A stretch of DNA of 64,000 nucleotides from Nitrososphaerales archaeon (GCA_965197925.1 CBDAOC010000020.1:544001-608000), one strand, 5' to 3'. Counted from the first letter of the stretch, positions 41,113-52,019 are shown. Notes: generated by a model not told the origin, from the letters alone. Translations and numbers: made by a program.

Positions 41113-41869
41113 TTGGCCTGTACTGGAAGGCGGGAATATTCACCAGTTTAATCATGATTTTGCAAAACCCATGTTTACTGCTGATAGCTCCGCCGGACTG
41201 CGAAGGGAGGAGAACAGACGGGTGTACAAAAACAGTTGCGGGAATTTTTATCATTCATTCAGACTTGCATTTCGTGACATATCTGGCCCGACCAACATGC
41301 GGTCAATCATCGCATCCATAATTCCGCCACAGAGATTCTTCACAGATTCACTACGTGTTATTGTATTAACCCGGAATGGAAACTTTGAGCACGGCAACGA
41401 ATACAACAAAAAGACGGCATATCTATGTGGAATCCTAAACTCCATGACGTTTGATTTTGTAGCACGCTCCAAACTGCAAATGCATACAATGGTAATTATC
41501 AAAGCCCTTCCAATTCCGGACCGTACCCGCCATGATGACATTGCAACTCTTGCAGCAAAACTCTCCGTGGGCTCTGACGAGTTTGAGGGGTTTGCAGAGT
41601 CAATGAGGGTGGAGAACATGCCGCTGACACCGTATGAGCGAATCCACGCTACCGCCAGGCTTGACGCACTGGTGGCGCACGCATATCACCTGTCCGGGGA
41701 AGAGTACCGGACAATACTGGAATCGTTCAAGTTTGAAGAGAACCCCGCATTGCTTGAGGCAGATACCGCCGACTTTAACGACAACAGGACGTTGCGGGCA
41801 TTCTACGGGGAGGTGCGCAAACTTGCACCCGGTTATTATGATAGCTTAAAGGAGAATGAGCCCAAATGA
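41099..41869 (+). CDS. C-terminal target-recognition part of the same methyltransferase (+1 frame)
   Basis: PVLEGGNIHQF, RLAFRDISGPTNMRSII, GILNSMTFDF, RLDALVAHAYHL. Deleting one G of G5 at 41104..41108 fuses it to the upstream ORF. Confidence 0.85.
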   Translation: MVGANWPVLEGGNIHQFNHDFAKPMFTADSSAGLRREENRRVYKNSCGNFYHSFRLAFRDISGPTNMRSIIASIIPPQRFFTDSLRVIVLTRNGNFEHGNEYNKKTAYLCGILNSMTFDFVARSKLQMHTMVIIKALPIPDRTRHDDIATLAAKLSVGSDEFEGFAESMRVENMPLTPYERIHATARLDALVAHAYHLSGEEYRTILESFKFEENPALLEADTADFNDNRTLRAFYGEVRKLAPGYYDSLKENEPK

Positions 41870-44800
41870 GCAGCTTTGACAAGAGAAAGGCAGAACCCGA
41901 CGTAATCGACAACAGGGAGGCCAGCATGGCCGATGTGCTCAACGTCAACCTGCAGAGAATCGACTCCCTTGACATATCGTCTGGATATTTTGAGGTGGGC
42001 GGGTATGGCCTTGTGCGGAAGGCACTGGAAGAGGCTGTAAAAGACAGCTCCTTTGCATTCAGGCTTTTGGTGGGCAAGGACGCAATAAGGCCTCCCAGGT
42101 TTGATACGTTTGAGCAATACCGCGAATATGCGGAGACGGAGAGGACGGGGCAGACTGAATCGATAAAGTCCGGCCTTGACGGAAACGAGCTCAACAAGAA
42201 CAACATGGACGACGTCACAAGCCTCATCAGGCTCCTAGGACGGGAGAACGTGCAGGTCAGGCACAACGACCTCCGGTTCAACCATGCAAAATGCTACATA
42301 CTTGGCCAGGAGGGAGCGGTGGTCGGATCCAGCAACTTTACGCGCTCCGGGCTGCTGGGAAACGACGAACTAAACACCGGGGTATACAGCACCACCACGT
42401 GGGAGAAGGTAAAGGCGTGGTACGAGCGGATGTGGAACAAGGCAGAGGACGCCAAGGACGACATACTGCAGGCACTGGAACAGTCAAAGTTTGGGGCACC
42501 GCCGGAACCATACGACCTCTACCTGAAGATCCTCTTTGAAAAGTACAAGCGGATTCTGACTGCAATGGCAGAAAAGGACACCACTGCCGCCAAGACACTG
42601 GCAAAATTCCAGACAGATGCGGTCTCAACCCTGCTCCAGATAATAGACGAGTACGGGGGGGCAGTACTTGCAGACTCTACAGGGCTTGGCAAGACGCACG
42701 TAGGACTGGAGGTGATCCGGCAGAAGATGCTTGGGGAGCGCAAAAAGGTGCTGCTCATTGCACCGGCGCAGGTGAGGGACACCGTATGGGCTGGCAAGCT
42801 GGAGACGGCAGGAATCACGGTAGGGAAGATCGGCATGGAGGAGCTCGGCCGGGAGGATTTTGACGTGTACAGGTACAAAAAGTACGACTTTGTGGTAATC
42901 GACGAGAGCCAGAACTTTCGCTCAAAGACCGCGAATCGCAGGCTGAACCTCATGAAGATCATGAGTCTGGGCAGAAGAAAGCAGGCGTTGCTGCTCTCCG
43001 CCACGCCAATCAACAACTCCATAATGGACCTGTACTACCAGATCTCGATAATAACCGGCGGGAGGGACGACTACTTTACGGAGATCGGGATCCCCGACCT
43101 GTACCAGTACATGAGAAAGGCCGCAAACCACGCCATCATGAACACCGGACTTGAAAAGATCCAGCAGCTTCTGGACGCCGTGATGGTCAGGCGAACCAGG
43201 ACATTCATCAGGGAGGTGTATCCCGACGGCAGGATCAACGACAGGCCGATAACGTTTCCAAAGAGGGAGTACGCCCCAATCAGGTACGGGATAACCGAGC
43301 TTTTTGGAAACGTCTACGAGGATCTGTTTGACACGATAAAGTCGCTGCACATGGTGCCGTACGGCATTGAGAAATACAACACGACGCTTACATCGGAGGA
43401 GAGGCAAAAAGCACGGGTACTGGCGCACCTTCAGGTAATCCTGTTATTGAAGCGGTTTGAGAGCAGCGTAAAGGCCGTCGGCATCAGCATAGACAAGAAG
43501 ATAGCGCTGTTTGAGTACTTTGAAAAAATTCTCGTTGAAAACAAGATAGTATCGCCCAAACAGCTCAACAAAATAATGCTGAGATGGAACGCCAGGGACA
43601 TGGACGGCGACGACATTGACGGGGAGGAGAGCCGGGACAGGTTCTTTATGGAAGCCATTAAGAGGCTGAATGTCCAGGATGCCGGAGGCTATGACGTTGA
43701 ATCGATGAGAAAAGACACGGCATTCGACCTGGCACATCTCAGAAGATACAGGGATGCCGTGGCCAGGATACTCCCGTTTGACAAGAAGATAGACGCCGTC
43801 TCCGAGATGATACGCCGTGACGGGGCACTGGAGAGGGAAAGCAAAAAGGTGCTCATATTCACCGAATATACGGACACGGCCGCATACATCAAGGAAATGC
43901 TCCATAAAAAATTCCCTGACAAGAAAATACTCCTGATAACAGGCAGCGTCAAAAAAGAGACCCGCCAGCAGATCATGCGGGAGTTTTCACCCAAGGCAAA
44001 CACCGAAGAGGACGAGGACGTGCCGGAAAACGAGGCCGACATACTGGTGTCCACCGAGGTGCTCGCAGAGGGACAGAACCTTCAGGACTGCAACTATGTA
44101 ATCAATTATGATCTGCCGTGGAATCCGATGAGGATAGTCCAGAGGATAGGGAGGGTGGACAGGCTCACAAGCACGTATGAGACCGTCCGTTCCAGGGAAT
44201 GTTTTCCGGACACAAAGCTGGACGAACTGCTCACGCTGGTTGGCGGCCTGATGGACAAGATAGAGGACATAAACAACACCGTCGGACTGGACACGGACCT
44301 GCTAGGCCAGGAGGCATCACCAAAGCAGTTCAACGAAGTAACGCACAGGAGAATACTGGCATTCGCGAGGGGAGACGGTGTAGATGCGGTAGCCGGTGAC
44401 ATTGAGCGTGAATCCGACCTAATGCCTGCAAAATCCCCGATAAACGAGATCAGCCGGCACATCAGGAATACCGGAATCGCAACAATGGAGGAATTTACAA
44501 TGGGCAGGAGAAGCGGAAAACATGGAGAGGGGCAAAAGGTTGCGCTGGCATACGTGCGGGAAAAGCCCCAAAGAAGGTTTTACTCCGTCATGTACGACTA
44601 TGCCAAGCGAGAGGCAACGGTCGTAAACGACATGGAGGTAATCGAGCTTGCAATGTGCAGGGAGGGCACGCCAAGACACCTTCCCATGGACGGTATCGGG
44701 AACCGCGAATCGTTTGAAGAACTGATTGAGATAGACGCGGTTGCGCGGGAGGCAGTTGCAACGCAGGACAACCGTGATCACAGTATTGCCCGCGAGATCA

Positions 44801-45174
44801 AGTCCAACTCCAGCAAGCAGTACAATGAAATTGTGGAGCGCCTGCGCGACATCATTGACAATGCCGTGGATGGCGGCAGGCTCCCGGGGACCGAGGGCGA
44901 GAGCGTCGACAAGATTCTGGACTTGGCCGACCTGCGGGCATGGCTGGGTGACGTGGAATCACTCCTTGACGAGTATGACGTCGGAAAGGACGTGCAGGTA
45001 CTTGCAGAAGGGCTGAAGCGGATTGGGAACAACATAGGCGTAGAGGACCCTGAAGGCGGTGATGACGCCACGGAGGGAGAGCCTGGCGAGCTTGTACTTG
45101 TTGGTGCCATGTTCATTACCGGAGACATGTTTGATGCAAAGCTTGGCCTGTCCGGAATTGAACAGTTCACATGA
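41866..45174 (+). CDS. PLD-nuclease / SNF2-like helicase fusion
   Basis: PLD motif HAKCYI..VGSSNFT..N.ELN, then ADSTGLGKT, DESQN, LSATPINN, KVLIFTEY, EGQNLQ, YDLPWNP, QRIGRVDR. ATGA overlap with the upstream ORF. Confidence 0.92.
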   Translation: MSSFDKRKAEPDVIDNREASMADVLNVNLQRIDSLDISSGYFEVGGYGLVRKALEEAVKDSSFAFRLLVGKDAIRPPRFDTFEQYREYAETERTGQTESIKSGLDGNELNKNNMDDVTSLIRLLGRENVQVRHNDLRFNHAKCYILGQEGAVVGSSNFTRSGLLGNDELNTGVYSTTTWEKVKAWYERMWNKAEDAKDDILQALEQSKFGAPPEPYDLYLKILFEKYKRILTAMAEKDTTAAKTLAKFQTDAVSTLLQIIDEYGGAVLADSTGLGKTHVGLEVIRQKMLGERKKVLLIAPAQVRDTVWAGKLETAGITVGKIGMEELGREDFDVYRYKKYDFVVIDESQNFRSKTANRRLNLMKIMSLGRRKQALLLSATPINNSIMDLYYQISIITGGRDDYFTEIGIPDLYQYMRKAANHAIMNTGLEKIQQLLDAVMVRRTRTFIREVYPDGRINDRPITFPKREYAPIRYGITELFGNVYEDLFDTIKSLHMVPYGIEKYNTTLTSEERQKARVLAHLQVILLLKRFESSVKAVGISIDKKIALFEYFEKILVENKIVSPKQLNKIMLRWNARDMDGDDIDGEESRDRFFMEAIKRLNVQDAGGYDVESMRKDTAFDLAHLRRYRDAVARILPFDKKIDAVSEMIRRDGALERESKKVLIFTEYTDTAAYIKEMLHKKFPDKKILLITGSVKKETRQQIMREFSPKANTEEDEDVPENEADILVSTEVLAEGQNLQDCNYVINYDLPWNPMRIVQRIGRVDRLTSTYETVRSRECFPDTKLDELLTLVGGLMDKIEDINNTVGLDTDLLGQEASPKQFNEVTHRRILAFARGDGVDAVAGDIERESDLMPAKSPINEISRHIRNTGIATMEEFTMGRRSGKHGEGQKVALAYVREKPQRRFYSVMYDYAKREATVVNDMEVIELAMCREGTPRHLPMDGIGNRESFEELIEIDAVAREAVATQDNRDHSIAREIKSNSSKQYNEIVERLRDIIDNAVDGGRLPGTEGESVDKILDLADLRAWLGDVESLLDEYDVGKDVQVLAEGLKRIGNNIGVEDPEGGDDATEGEPGELVLVGAMFITGDMFDAKLGLSGIEQFT

Positions 45175-45776
45175 CATTGCACCGTCACTTTTGATTTTTA
45201 CTGGTTTTCAATTCGCTGGAAACATTAGCCATGGTACCAGTGGGCTCTTAGGTTAACGTGTTATAATTCTCCGTGTTGTGTCGAATGATAGGCACTTGAT
45301 TTCTGAACTGAACTTTTCTTGTTTTTTAGATACTGTTTAATGGTCGGTATATTATTTCCTTTGACTTGCATTCCAGTCATCTGGATCAATACGGGCATCA
45401 ATAAGTCGTCTCCATACTTGCCATTGCTCTTTTTGGTCTTTTGGCAGATGTACTAGTCTTCATATCCAATATCAATTAGATTAGATGGTGTACGTAGATT
45501 AGGAGAGGTGTCATAGTTAGTGGGTTCTGTCAAGATATGGGACGTTAGTAAAGATCTTCCAAGTGTAAAATGTCGAGACATGAGACTTTTAGATCGCTAA
45601 TACGTTAGAATATTGAGGAAAAAAGAAGAGGTGTTAGGATTTAGTTCCTAAGAGGAATTGATTCTAACATTCATAGACAAAAGTTACTTTTCTAGGAGTT
45701 GTGGAAGCTGACTGTTGAAACTGTGCCTGTTACCTTTCTATGTATTAACTTATGTAAATATGACCCATAAAATAGT

Positions 45777-46889
45777 ATGGAAGAAACAAGTAGAGAAGAA
45801 CGTGCAAGAAAACTACTTGATAATCCAAACACACACATCATTAGAATAAACGACAGACATTTTCAAATGAAATCCCTTGCAACAAACAGAATCTATGACA
45901 TAAAATTCCAACATCATAAATGATCTTGCACTTGTGCTGATCACAAGTATAGGTTTGTAGAATGCAAGCACATCAAGGCAATCAAGATCAGCCTAGATTT
46001 GAGAGAACAGGCAAGACGTAGAAACAAGGTCACAATCAGTCCACCTTCTACTACAGAACGCCGTTTTTGTTATGGATCTAATATCCGAAAATATGGTATC
46101 CTCAGAAACAAGTACGGAAACGTTCAGAGAGACATCTGCTATGATTGCTCCAAGACATTTACATTCAATCAGGGATTTGAGAGGATGAGGTCTAGTCCTC
46201 AGACAATTACCTCTGCTTTACAATTGTACTTTACAGGCGAGTCTTTGAGAAATATCCAGAAATTCTTGAGATTGCAAGGCAAGGAGATATCGCACAAGAC
46301 AATCCATGTATGGATAAAAAATACACAAAGCTGATGCAGGAGTATTTGAAACAAATAACGCCTTAGGTTGGTGACACTTGGAGGGCAGACGAAGTGTTTG
46401 TCAAAGTCAAGGGAGACACAAAATACCTCTTTGCTCTCATAGATGATGAGACAAGGTTCTGGATTGCTCAGGAAGTTGCAGACTCCAAGTTCAAGCATGA
46501 TGCTAGAAATCTTCTAAGAAAAGGCAAGGAATCAATGCAAGCAAAGCCTAAGGTTTTCGTAACTGATGGATTGCCATCATACCACGATGCCTTGAAGGAA
46601 TATGATGAAAGAAGAAAAGGTTCACCAATTCACATTAGACATATTGCACTTCATGGTGACCACAATAATAACAAAATGGAAAGGCTAAACGGAGAGTTCC
46701 GAGACAGGGAAAAAGTGATGAGAGGAATCAAGAAAAAAGACTCGGTAATCTTTAACGGCTAACAACTATATCACAACTATTTCAGACCTCACATGAGTCA
46801 AGGGAAATACTCCCGCCGAAGCCTGTGAGATTGAAATCAAGGGGGACAACAAATGGATAACGGTAATTCAGAACGCAAAGAAAATCTAA
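45777..46889 (+). mobile_element. IS6-family (DDE_Tnp_IS240-like) transposase with N-terminal SWIM finger, pseudogene
   Basis: CTCADH...CKHIKA (SWIM), GESLRN..ISHKTIHVWI, WRADEVFVKVKG, VTDGLPSY, NNKMERLNGEFRDR. Contains internal stops and frameshifts. Confidence 0.88.
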
Positions 46890-46904
46890 ATTGATTTTCT
46901 CAAA

Positions 46905-48215
46905 TTAATTAATTCCATCACTTTTGGGAATTAAAAATCCAGATTCAAAACCACCTTCAGGAAGATTAAATGAAAAAACAGCAATAGGGATTTTGTCATT
47001 AGTTTGCTGTCTTAATCTTTTAATCTCTTTTACAATTTTTTTCTGTTGGTATTCTTTAATTGCATTACGAGTAACCATGAAGGTTATCCACAAAGAATCT
47101 GTTGTAAAAGTAGATTCCGCATCTCTTTGGAGGGTTGTTGCCTTTTTGATAGTTACTCTAATTATTATATCTAGTTTATCGGCTTCTTCTTTTGACAAAT
47201 CTGCAATCTTGCCTGCAATGCGCCTTGTACTCCATCTATTAAACTGGTTTTCTGCATTGGTTAACTGCGGATTGTCAATAGCAGGTCTAATAATCTCCTC
47301 TACTAAAGCAATTACCAATTCTGGCATATTCTCCATCTTCTTTTTTCTTCGTAAGTCATTTTCTTCTATCATAGACCTAAGCGTATTTGATTCAAGAAAT
47401 TTCTCAGGATCTTTTCTTATTACTCCTATCAGTCTTCTTTCAGCAACTTCAGGAGTTGGACCTGATGAACTATTAAGAGCAAGCGAAGCTCTATCCTTAA
47501 GGAAGCATCCAAATCCTCCATCATTGACTGACTGTCCACAGGTAATTTTTCCATTCTCTTTTATGATAGTTCCATTCCATCCCTCTAAAGTTGTAGGATG
47601 TATTGATGTAACAAAAATCATCCAAGGAAGTTTTACATAAACAAATACTCTTTTATCATCTGTAACTATTGTGCAATCAACAGAACGAAGAGTGTACCAA
47701 TTAAACTTGGGATGCATCTCTACACTTTTATTATCGTCGACATAGTCTAGGAAAACAAGATGGTTTTCATATTGACTAACAGATTGTATGCTTCCATTTA
47801 GAAATTCTCTCCAATGAAGTTCTGCTTCATCCACCAATGAATTTAAATGAGAACGAGGATTTTCTTCCTTGAAATCTTGTGCCATTATCTTTAGTATTCT
47901 CCAACTTAATGAGATGACGAATGATTCTAAATTTCCATTATAATCAAATGTTCTAATTTTGTCATTGTGAAAAGGAAAAAATATTTTATCGGCAAAATAT
48001 TTCTCTAATTTTGAAAATTTTTCTTCACAATTGTCACAAAGCAAATGAAGTTTGGTAATGTCTTGAACTCGCTTTGAGCCATCTTTGGCATTAACCAAGT
48101 AACCAGTTCCTGTTTCTTTGAGCCATTTACCCACAAATTTGGGAATTATGTGACTTTCTCGAAGAGCCCTTTCTTGCAAACATAAGGAACATACATTATT
48201 TTTACTCACGCTCAT
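46905..48215 (-). CDS. HNH-like (Zn-binding) nuclease-domain protein with uncharacterised C-terminus
   Basis: CSLC...ESHIIPK...LLCDNCEEKFS pattern at the N-terminus. Confidence 0.7.
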   Translation of the reverse strand: MSVSKNNVCSLCLQERALRESHIIPKFVGKWLKETGTGYLVNAKDGSKRVQDITKLHLLCDNCEEKFSKLEKYFADKIFFPFHNDKIRTFDYNGNLESFVISLSWRILKIMAQDFKEENPRSHLNSLVDEAELHWREFLNGSIQSVSQYENHLVFLDYVDDNKSVEMHPKFNWYTLRSVDCTIVTDDKRVFVYVKLPWMIFVTSIHPTTLEGWNGTIIKENGKITCGQSVNDGGFGCFLKDRASLALNSSSGPTPEVAERRLIGVIRKDPEKFLESNTLRSMIEENDLRRKKKMENMPELVIALVEEIIRPAIDNPQLTNAENQFNRWSTRRIAGKIADLSKEEADKLDIIIRVTIKKATTLQRDAESTFTTDSLWITFMVTRNAIKEYQQKKIVKEIKRLRQQTNDKIPIAVFSFNLPEGGFESGFLIPKSDGIN

Positions 48216-49142
48216 TTAGTTCCTCTTTCTACTTCTTTAACTTGACTTAATATTACTGAAGTATTGAAATTGTGCGTAATTCTACAACACCGAACAATAC
48301 AATATTAAACACAAACTCATCTTGATGATACAATTGATTGATTATTTTTCATTGTTTTTTGTAAATCTAACACAATACTCAAACAAAGAATGTTCTGCAA
48401 GAGTGGTGTTTTTCATTTCACTGAAAGTAATGAGTACAATGTCTGGACTAAATATGTGCGGTGTAAGAAAGACATTTGGAATAAAGATCATGGTACTTGG
48501 GTAGGTAGAGGAGGATGAAAACGAAATCTCTTAGATGTCTTTTAGGATTGCATGATTACGATGACTGGTCAGTATGCAGACGTTGTAAAAAAAGAGCAAA
48601 TTTCTTTACTGCATTTGGACTAGGGGATCATTGATGAAAAACAAGCTCATTCTATTGATGATTGTATCGGCTTCATTGACAATAATCCCGTTTTGGCTAG
48701 CTCCTGTTCAAGTAGCATCTGCTGAACTTTGGCTTATTCATGTCCTGATGGAGGACATGGAGACAAACACAGTTTTTTTACCAATTCCTTCAAAAAGGCT
48801 ACTGTATAGATCCTGACTGCATTAAGCTTGTACCTGAGGAATAATAATGCCTAAACCAAAAAGCACCATACACAGAAGGGTGACAGGCGTGACTACCAAC
48901 AGTCAAGGTTCCAGCACCTCAAGACGAATAAGCTCTGCAACAAGGCCAGATGTAATAACTACAAACTAAGCTTTAAACTTTTCTAAGAAATGACAACGCC
49001 TGTAGTGGGAATTACTCCCATTTGATACTTCACTGCCATGGGCTGAAGCGAGTAGATTATTTCTCTGAACTCCAACTTTTATGTCAGTTTCAAGTCTGCG
49101 GTTTTGCCTTGAATGTAATTCCAATTAGATTTAAGGGAAATG

Positions 49143-49343
49143 TTACTGATTTTGCTGGAAAACTCTTTTTTCTACCAGTCTCTTTCGCCGTAGGGATTGC
49201 AACGCATGGTAAACTTTGGAATGCGGAACGTCTTTTTTATCTGCTATGCCGGGTGCTTTGCTTTCCCCGGGCAACAGCAGATTAACGTATGTTTTTGATT
49301 CGTATTCGCATAGACCGCACTGCCTCAGAATTTCTACATTCCA
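49143..49343 (-). pseudogene. TrmB-family HTH regulator remnant
   Basis: Translates ILRQCGLCEYESKTYVNLL..G...A..IA...DVPHSKVYHALQSLRRKRLVE. The start is replaced by an IS fragment. Confidence 0.7.
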
Positions 49344-49547
49344 TTATGGTACAATAGGTCTTCCAACCGTACCTGCTGGCTTCTCTGGCGGGAGTATCTT
49401 TGTCGATTCATTCCATAAATCATCCGGTATAAACCAAATTGCTGGCATTCTTTTCTCATTTTTCTTCATGGATTGAGATGTGATGAGGTGATCTGGATCT
49501 GTTTTGGTGGAAGAATCGGGTATAATGGATAATTTTGGGACGGGCGC
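49344..49547 (-). mobile_element. IS5 left end plus transposase N-terminal fragment, related to the element at 1..153
   Basis: 49469->49344 reads MKKNEKRMPAIWFIPDDLWNESTKILPPEKPAGTVGRPIVP*. 49496..49547 resembles 101..153 in both sequence and spacing. Confidence 0.75.
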
Positions 49548-49600
49548 TAAAACGACTCCTTTAAAGAGGTGTTTTCCTTCTTCTAATCGTTGGTAGACTC

Positions 49601-50689
49601 GTGAAAGAAGATAATAAAAAAATCAAGGCCACAATTCGGCAGCGCGATGCCGCTTATAAAGCCTGGAGAACAATCAGGCAAAACAGACGAATAGCTGCCG
49701 GTAGCGGTTCAAAAACTATACCAGAATTCGTAAAACCAGCAACAGTAACATCGGTAAGACACCCCGAAATAACTACCCCAAAAGGAAAAGAAGAATTGTC
49801 TTCATTCGGGAAAGGAATCATATCGTTGTTTCAGAAGACTCCAGAAGATATTGCTTGTGGCAGGTTCTGGGAACTCCGTTGGGCATTCGGATGCCCGCTT
49901 GACTGTAATTATTGTTATCTTCGTGGCACAATGAGGGGAAGAATGAAACCAAGTCCCATCAAGCCACATTATATTCTGGCGGCCCTAGATGAAGCCTTTG
50001 AAAAAATAAAGGAGCCATCAATATTCAACAGCGGCGAACTTTCGGATTCTCTAATGCTCCCGTCCCTTATGGAGAAAATAGTAGACAAGTTTGAAGAACA
50101 AAAAAAACACAAACTGGCTATGCTTAGTAAATTCGGTCCCAGAAACATCAACTTCCTCGTAAAAAAGGCTAGAAGGCAGGTAATATGTGCTTGGAGTATT
50201 AATGCAATCGAGGTGGCAAAAAGATGGGAAAGGGCTGCGCCATCACCCTACGAAAGAATCGAAGCCGCTAAAAAGGTGAATGAGGTAGGCTATGATACAA
50301 GGATTAGAGTAGACCCAATTTTTCCCATCGAAAACTGGAAACAACATTACGAGGATTTGTTATACAGGCTGCTATCGGAATTCGAACCTCGGAGAATCAT
50401 TTTAGGAACGCCTCGCGGCTTATGGAAGACAATAAAGTACGCATCTATGGCAGGCATAGATATGTCGTGGACTAAATACTTCAAGGAGGATTCAGGATGG
50501 GGAAAGAAACTGGACTTCAATCAAAGAAAGGAGATTTACCAATTCTTTTATGACAAGTTAAAATCAATCGGATATCCCTCATCGAGAATATCAATGTGTA
50601 AGGAAACGGTCAACATGTGGGGATCTATGAGTTTAAAATATACGCCTTTAACTTGCAATTGCTATGGGGAAAATGCGATCAATCCGTGA
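49601..50689 (+). CDS. Spore photoproduct lyase-like radical SAM protein
   Basis: GCPLDCNYCYL (CX3CX2C), FNSGELSDSL, WSINA...E..APSPYERIEAA, RIRVDPIFP, terminal MCKE...CNC. Confidence 0.88.
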   Translation: MKEDNKKIKATIRQRDAAYKAWRTIRQNRRIAAGSGSKTIPEFVKPATVTSVRHPEITTPKGKEELSSFGKGIISLFQKTPEDIACGRFWELRWAFGCPLDCNYCYLRGTMRGRMKPSPIKPHYILAALDEAFEKIKEPSIFNSGELSDSLMLPSLMEKIVDKFEEQKKHKLAMLSKFGPRNINFLVKKARRQVICAWSINAIEVAKRWERAAPSPYERIEAAKKVNEVGYDTRIRVDPIFPIENWKQHYEDLLYRLLSEFEPRRIILGTPRGLWKTIKYASMAGIDMSWTKYFKEDSGWGKKLDFNQRKEIYQFFYDKLKSIGYPSSRISMCKETVNMWGSMSLKYTPLTCNCYGENAINP

Positions 50690-50691
50690 TT

Positions 50692-51783
50692 CTATTTGGA
50701 AAATGTGATTTCACACCCATCTGGGTGTGTCGATGGTCTTATTCTACCATCGACTTGGACTATTCTAGGTGGCTTAGAAGATTCCAAATGCTGCAAAATC
50801 TTCTTTCTAAATACGTAAGGAGTATCGACTATGACAAATTCATGTATTTCCTCTACTGAAACGCGTTGACCTCTGAATTCTGTATAAACAAGTTTTGAGG
50901 CTTCGGAAACCCAATTTTCTTCATTTCCATAATCAAGAATGAATGTCTGCTTAGGATCTGTCCTGTCGGAAAACCTGTATGTGCCTCTTCTGTCAACTTT
51001 AAACATGGCTTCTTTCATAACTTCCAGCCCTCGCAAATGTTTAGTTGCAAAAACAAGATGATAAATAAGTTGATCATTTTTTCCGATCATTTCAAACGTT
51101 TTTACAAATTTGGCATTTGCAGCTTGAATAAGCTGGCTTTGATATAATTGCAAGATGGAGTTTCTTCTTCCGTCCGGGTCATCTATTTTATTAATCTCAC
51201 TCCATTCGTGAGTCCCAAAAAGATCATCCATCACGTTCTGACGAAGCTCAGTAAATCTATTGACAAATCCTGCCATGAACGTAATTAGCACTTCACATTT
51301 ATCATATCTTAAAAGCCGTGATATCAGACTCATTGGAAAACCAGAAAATCCAAACGGATCGATGAAAGCAAAAGTTGGAGCGGGTTTAGCTCCTTCTTTC
51401 AAGGCATCAAGGTTTTTTTCAAGTTCTGTTGCAAACTCTGATTTTACAACCTCATATCGGAACTTCATAGGAAGGTCTGGAAATCTTTCTTTAAGAACCT
51501 CTGAGAGTTTGTTAGCTCTTTTTTCATCTTTTTCAATAAACCAGAAAATTATCTCTCCTAATTTGTCTTTAAGAAAATGGTTCCGGGCAATTCTAATTGA
51601 AATTATTGGTGAACCCTCTTCTCCCTTTGAATATACTCCTGGTCCCGCAAAACCGTCCAGATACATTATGCGACCAGACCATTTCGACATGATAGGAAAC
51701 CATGCCTTCAAATATTCCTCCAAAATCTGATGTTTAGCGTGAGTATGCGGTTCTATATCCCAGATGGTGGGCAGTTTAGACAT
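50692..51783 (-). CDS. tcmP: Three-Cys-motif partner protein TcmP (Rossmann methyltransferase-like) with C-terminal wHTH-like extension
   Basis: HTHAKHQILEEYLKAW, YLDGFAGPG..GSP, FIEKD, FIDPFG, EVLITF, YHLVFATKH..G..VMKEAM. Confidence 0.9.
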   Translation of the reverse strand: MSKLPTIWDIEPHTHAKHQILEEYLKAWFPIMSKWSGRIMYLDGFAGPGVYSKGEEGSPIISIRIARNHFLKDKLGEIIFWFIEKDEKRANKLSEVLKERFPDLPMKFRYEVVKSEFATELEKNLDALKEGAKPAPTFAFIDPFGFSGFPMSLISRLLRYDKCEVLITFMAGFVNRFTELRQNVMDDLFGTHEWSEINKIDDPDGRRNSILQLYQSQLIQAANAKFVKTFEMIGKNDQLIYHLVFATKHLRGLEVMKEAMFKVDRRGTYRFSDRTDPKQTFILDYGNEENWVSEASKLVYTEFRGQRVSVEEIHEFVIVDTPYVFRKKILQHLESSKPPRIVQVDGRIRPSTHPDGCEITFSK

Positions 51784-51954
51784 ACAATCTCATATCTTAT
51801 TTTTGCTTTTAATCTTTAATCCTTTTTCAGGCGTAAATGAGTCAATTTTCTATCCTTTTTGGTCAACGGGAGCAAAAACAGCGACTTCATCTGCCTTGTT
51901 GCATAACTATGAAATCCATTACTGAATAACGAAACTATTCTGTTGTTGCGGTGC

Positions 51955-52019
51955 GAATTTCTGAATTGCATTTTCAATTATCTAGCCATAAGACAAAAAA
52001 TTGCAGAATTTCTGAATTG
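51955..52019. promoter_or_regulatory. Two 14-bp direct repeats (GAATTTCTGAATTG) in the tcmP / DUF5131 divergent intergenic region
   Basis: Exact copies at 51955..51968 and 52006..52019. The regulatory role is inferred from position only. Confidence 0.45.

Noticed and set aside
38068..45256. Numerous 60-240 aa antisense and alternate-frame ORFs in the MTase/helicase region
   Set aside because: They are expected by-products of higher GC opposite long genuine genes, and show no motifs.
46924..47640. 238-aa plus-strand ORF
   Set aside because: Antisense to the HNH-like gene, with the Ser/Leu/Ile/Phe-rich composition typical of shadow frames.
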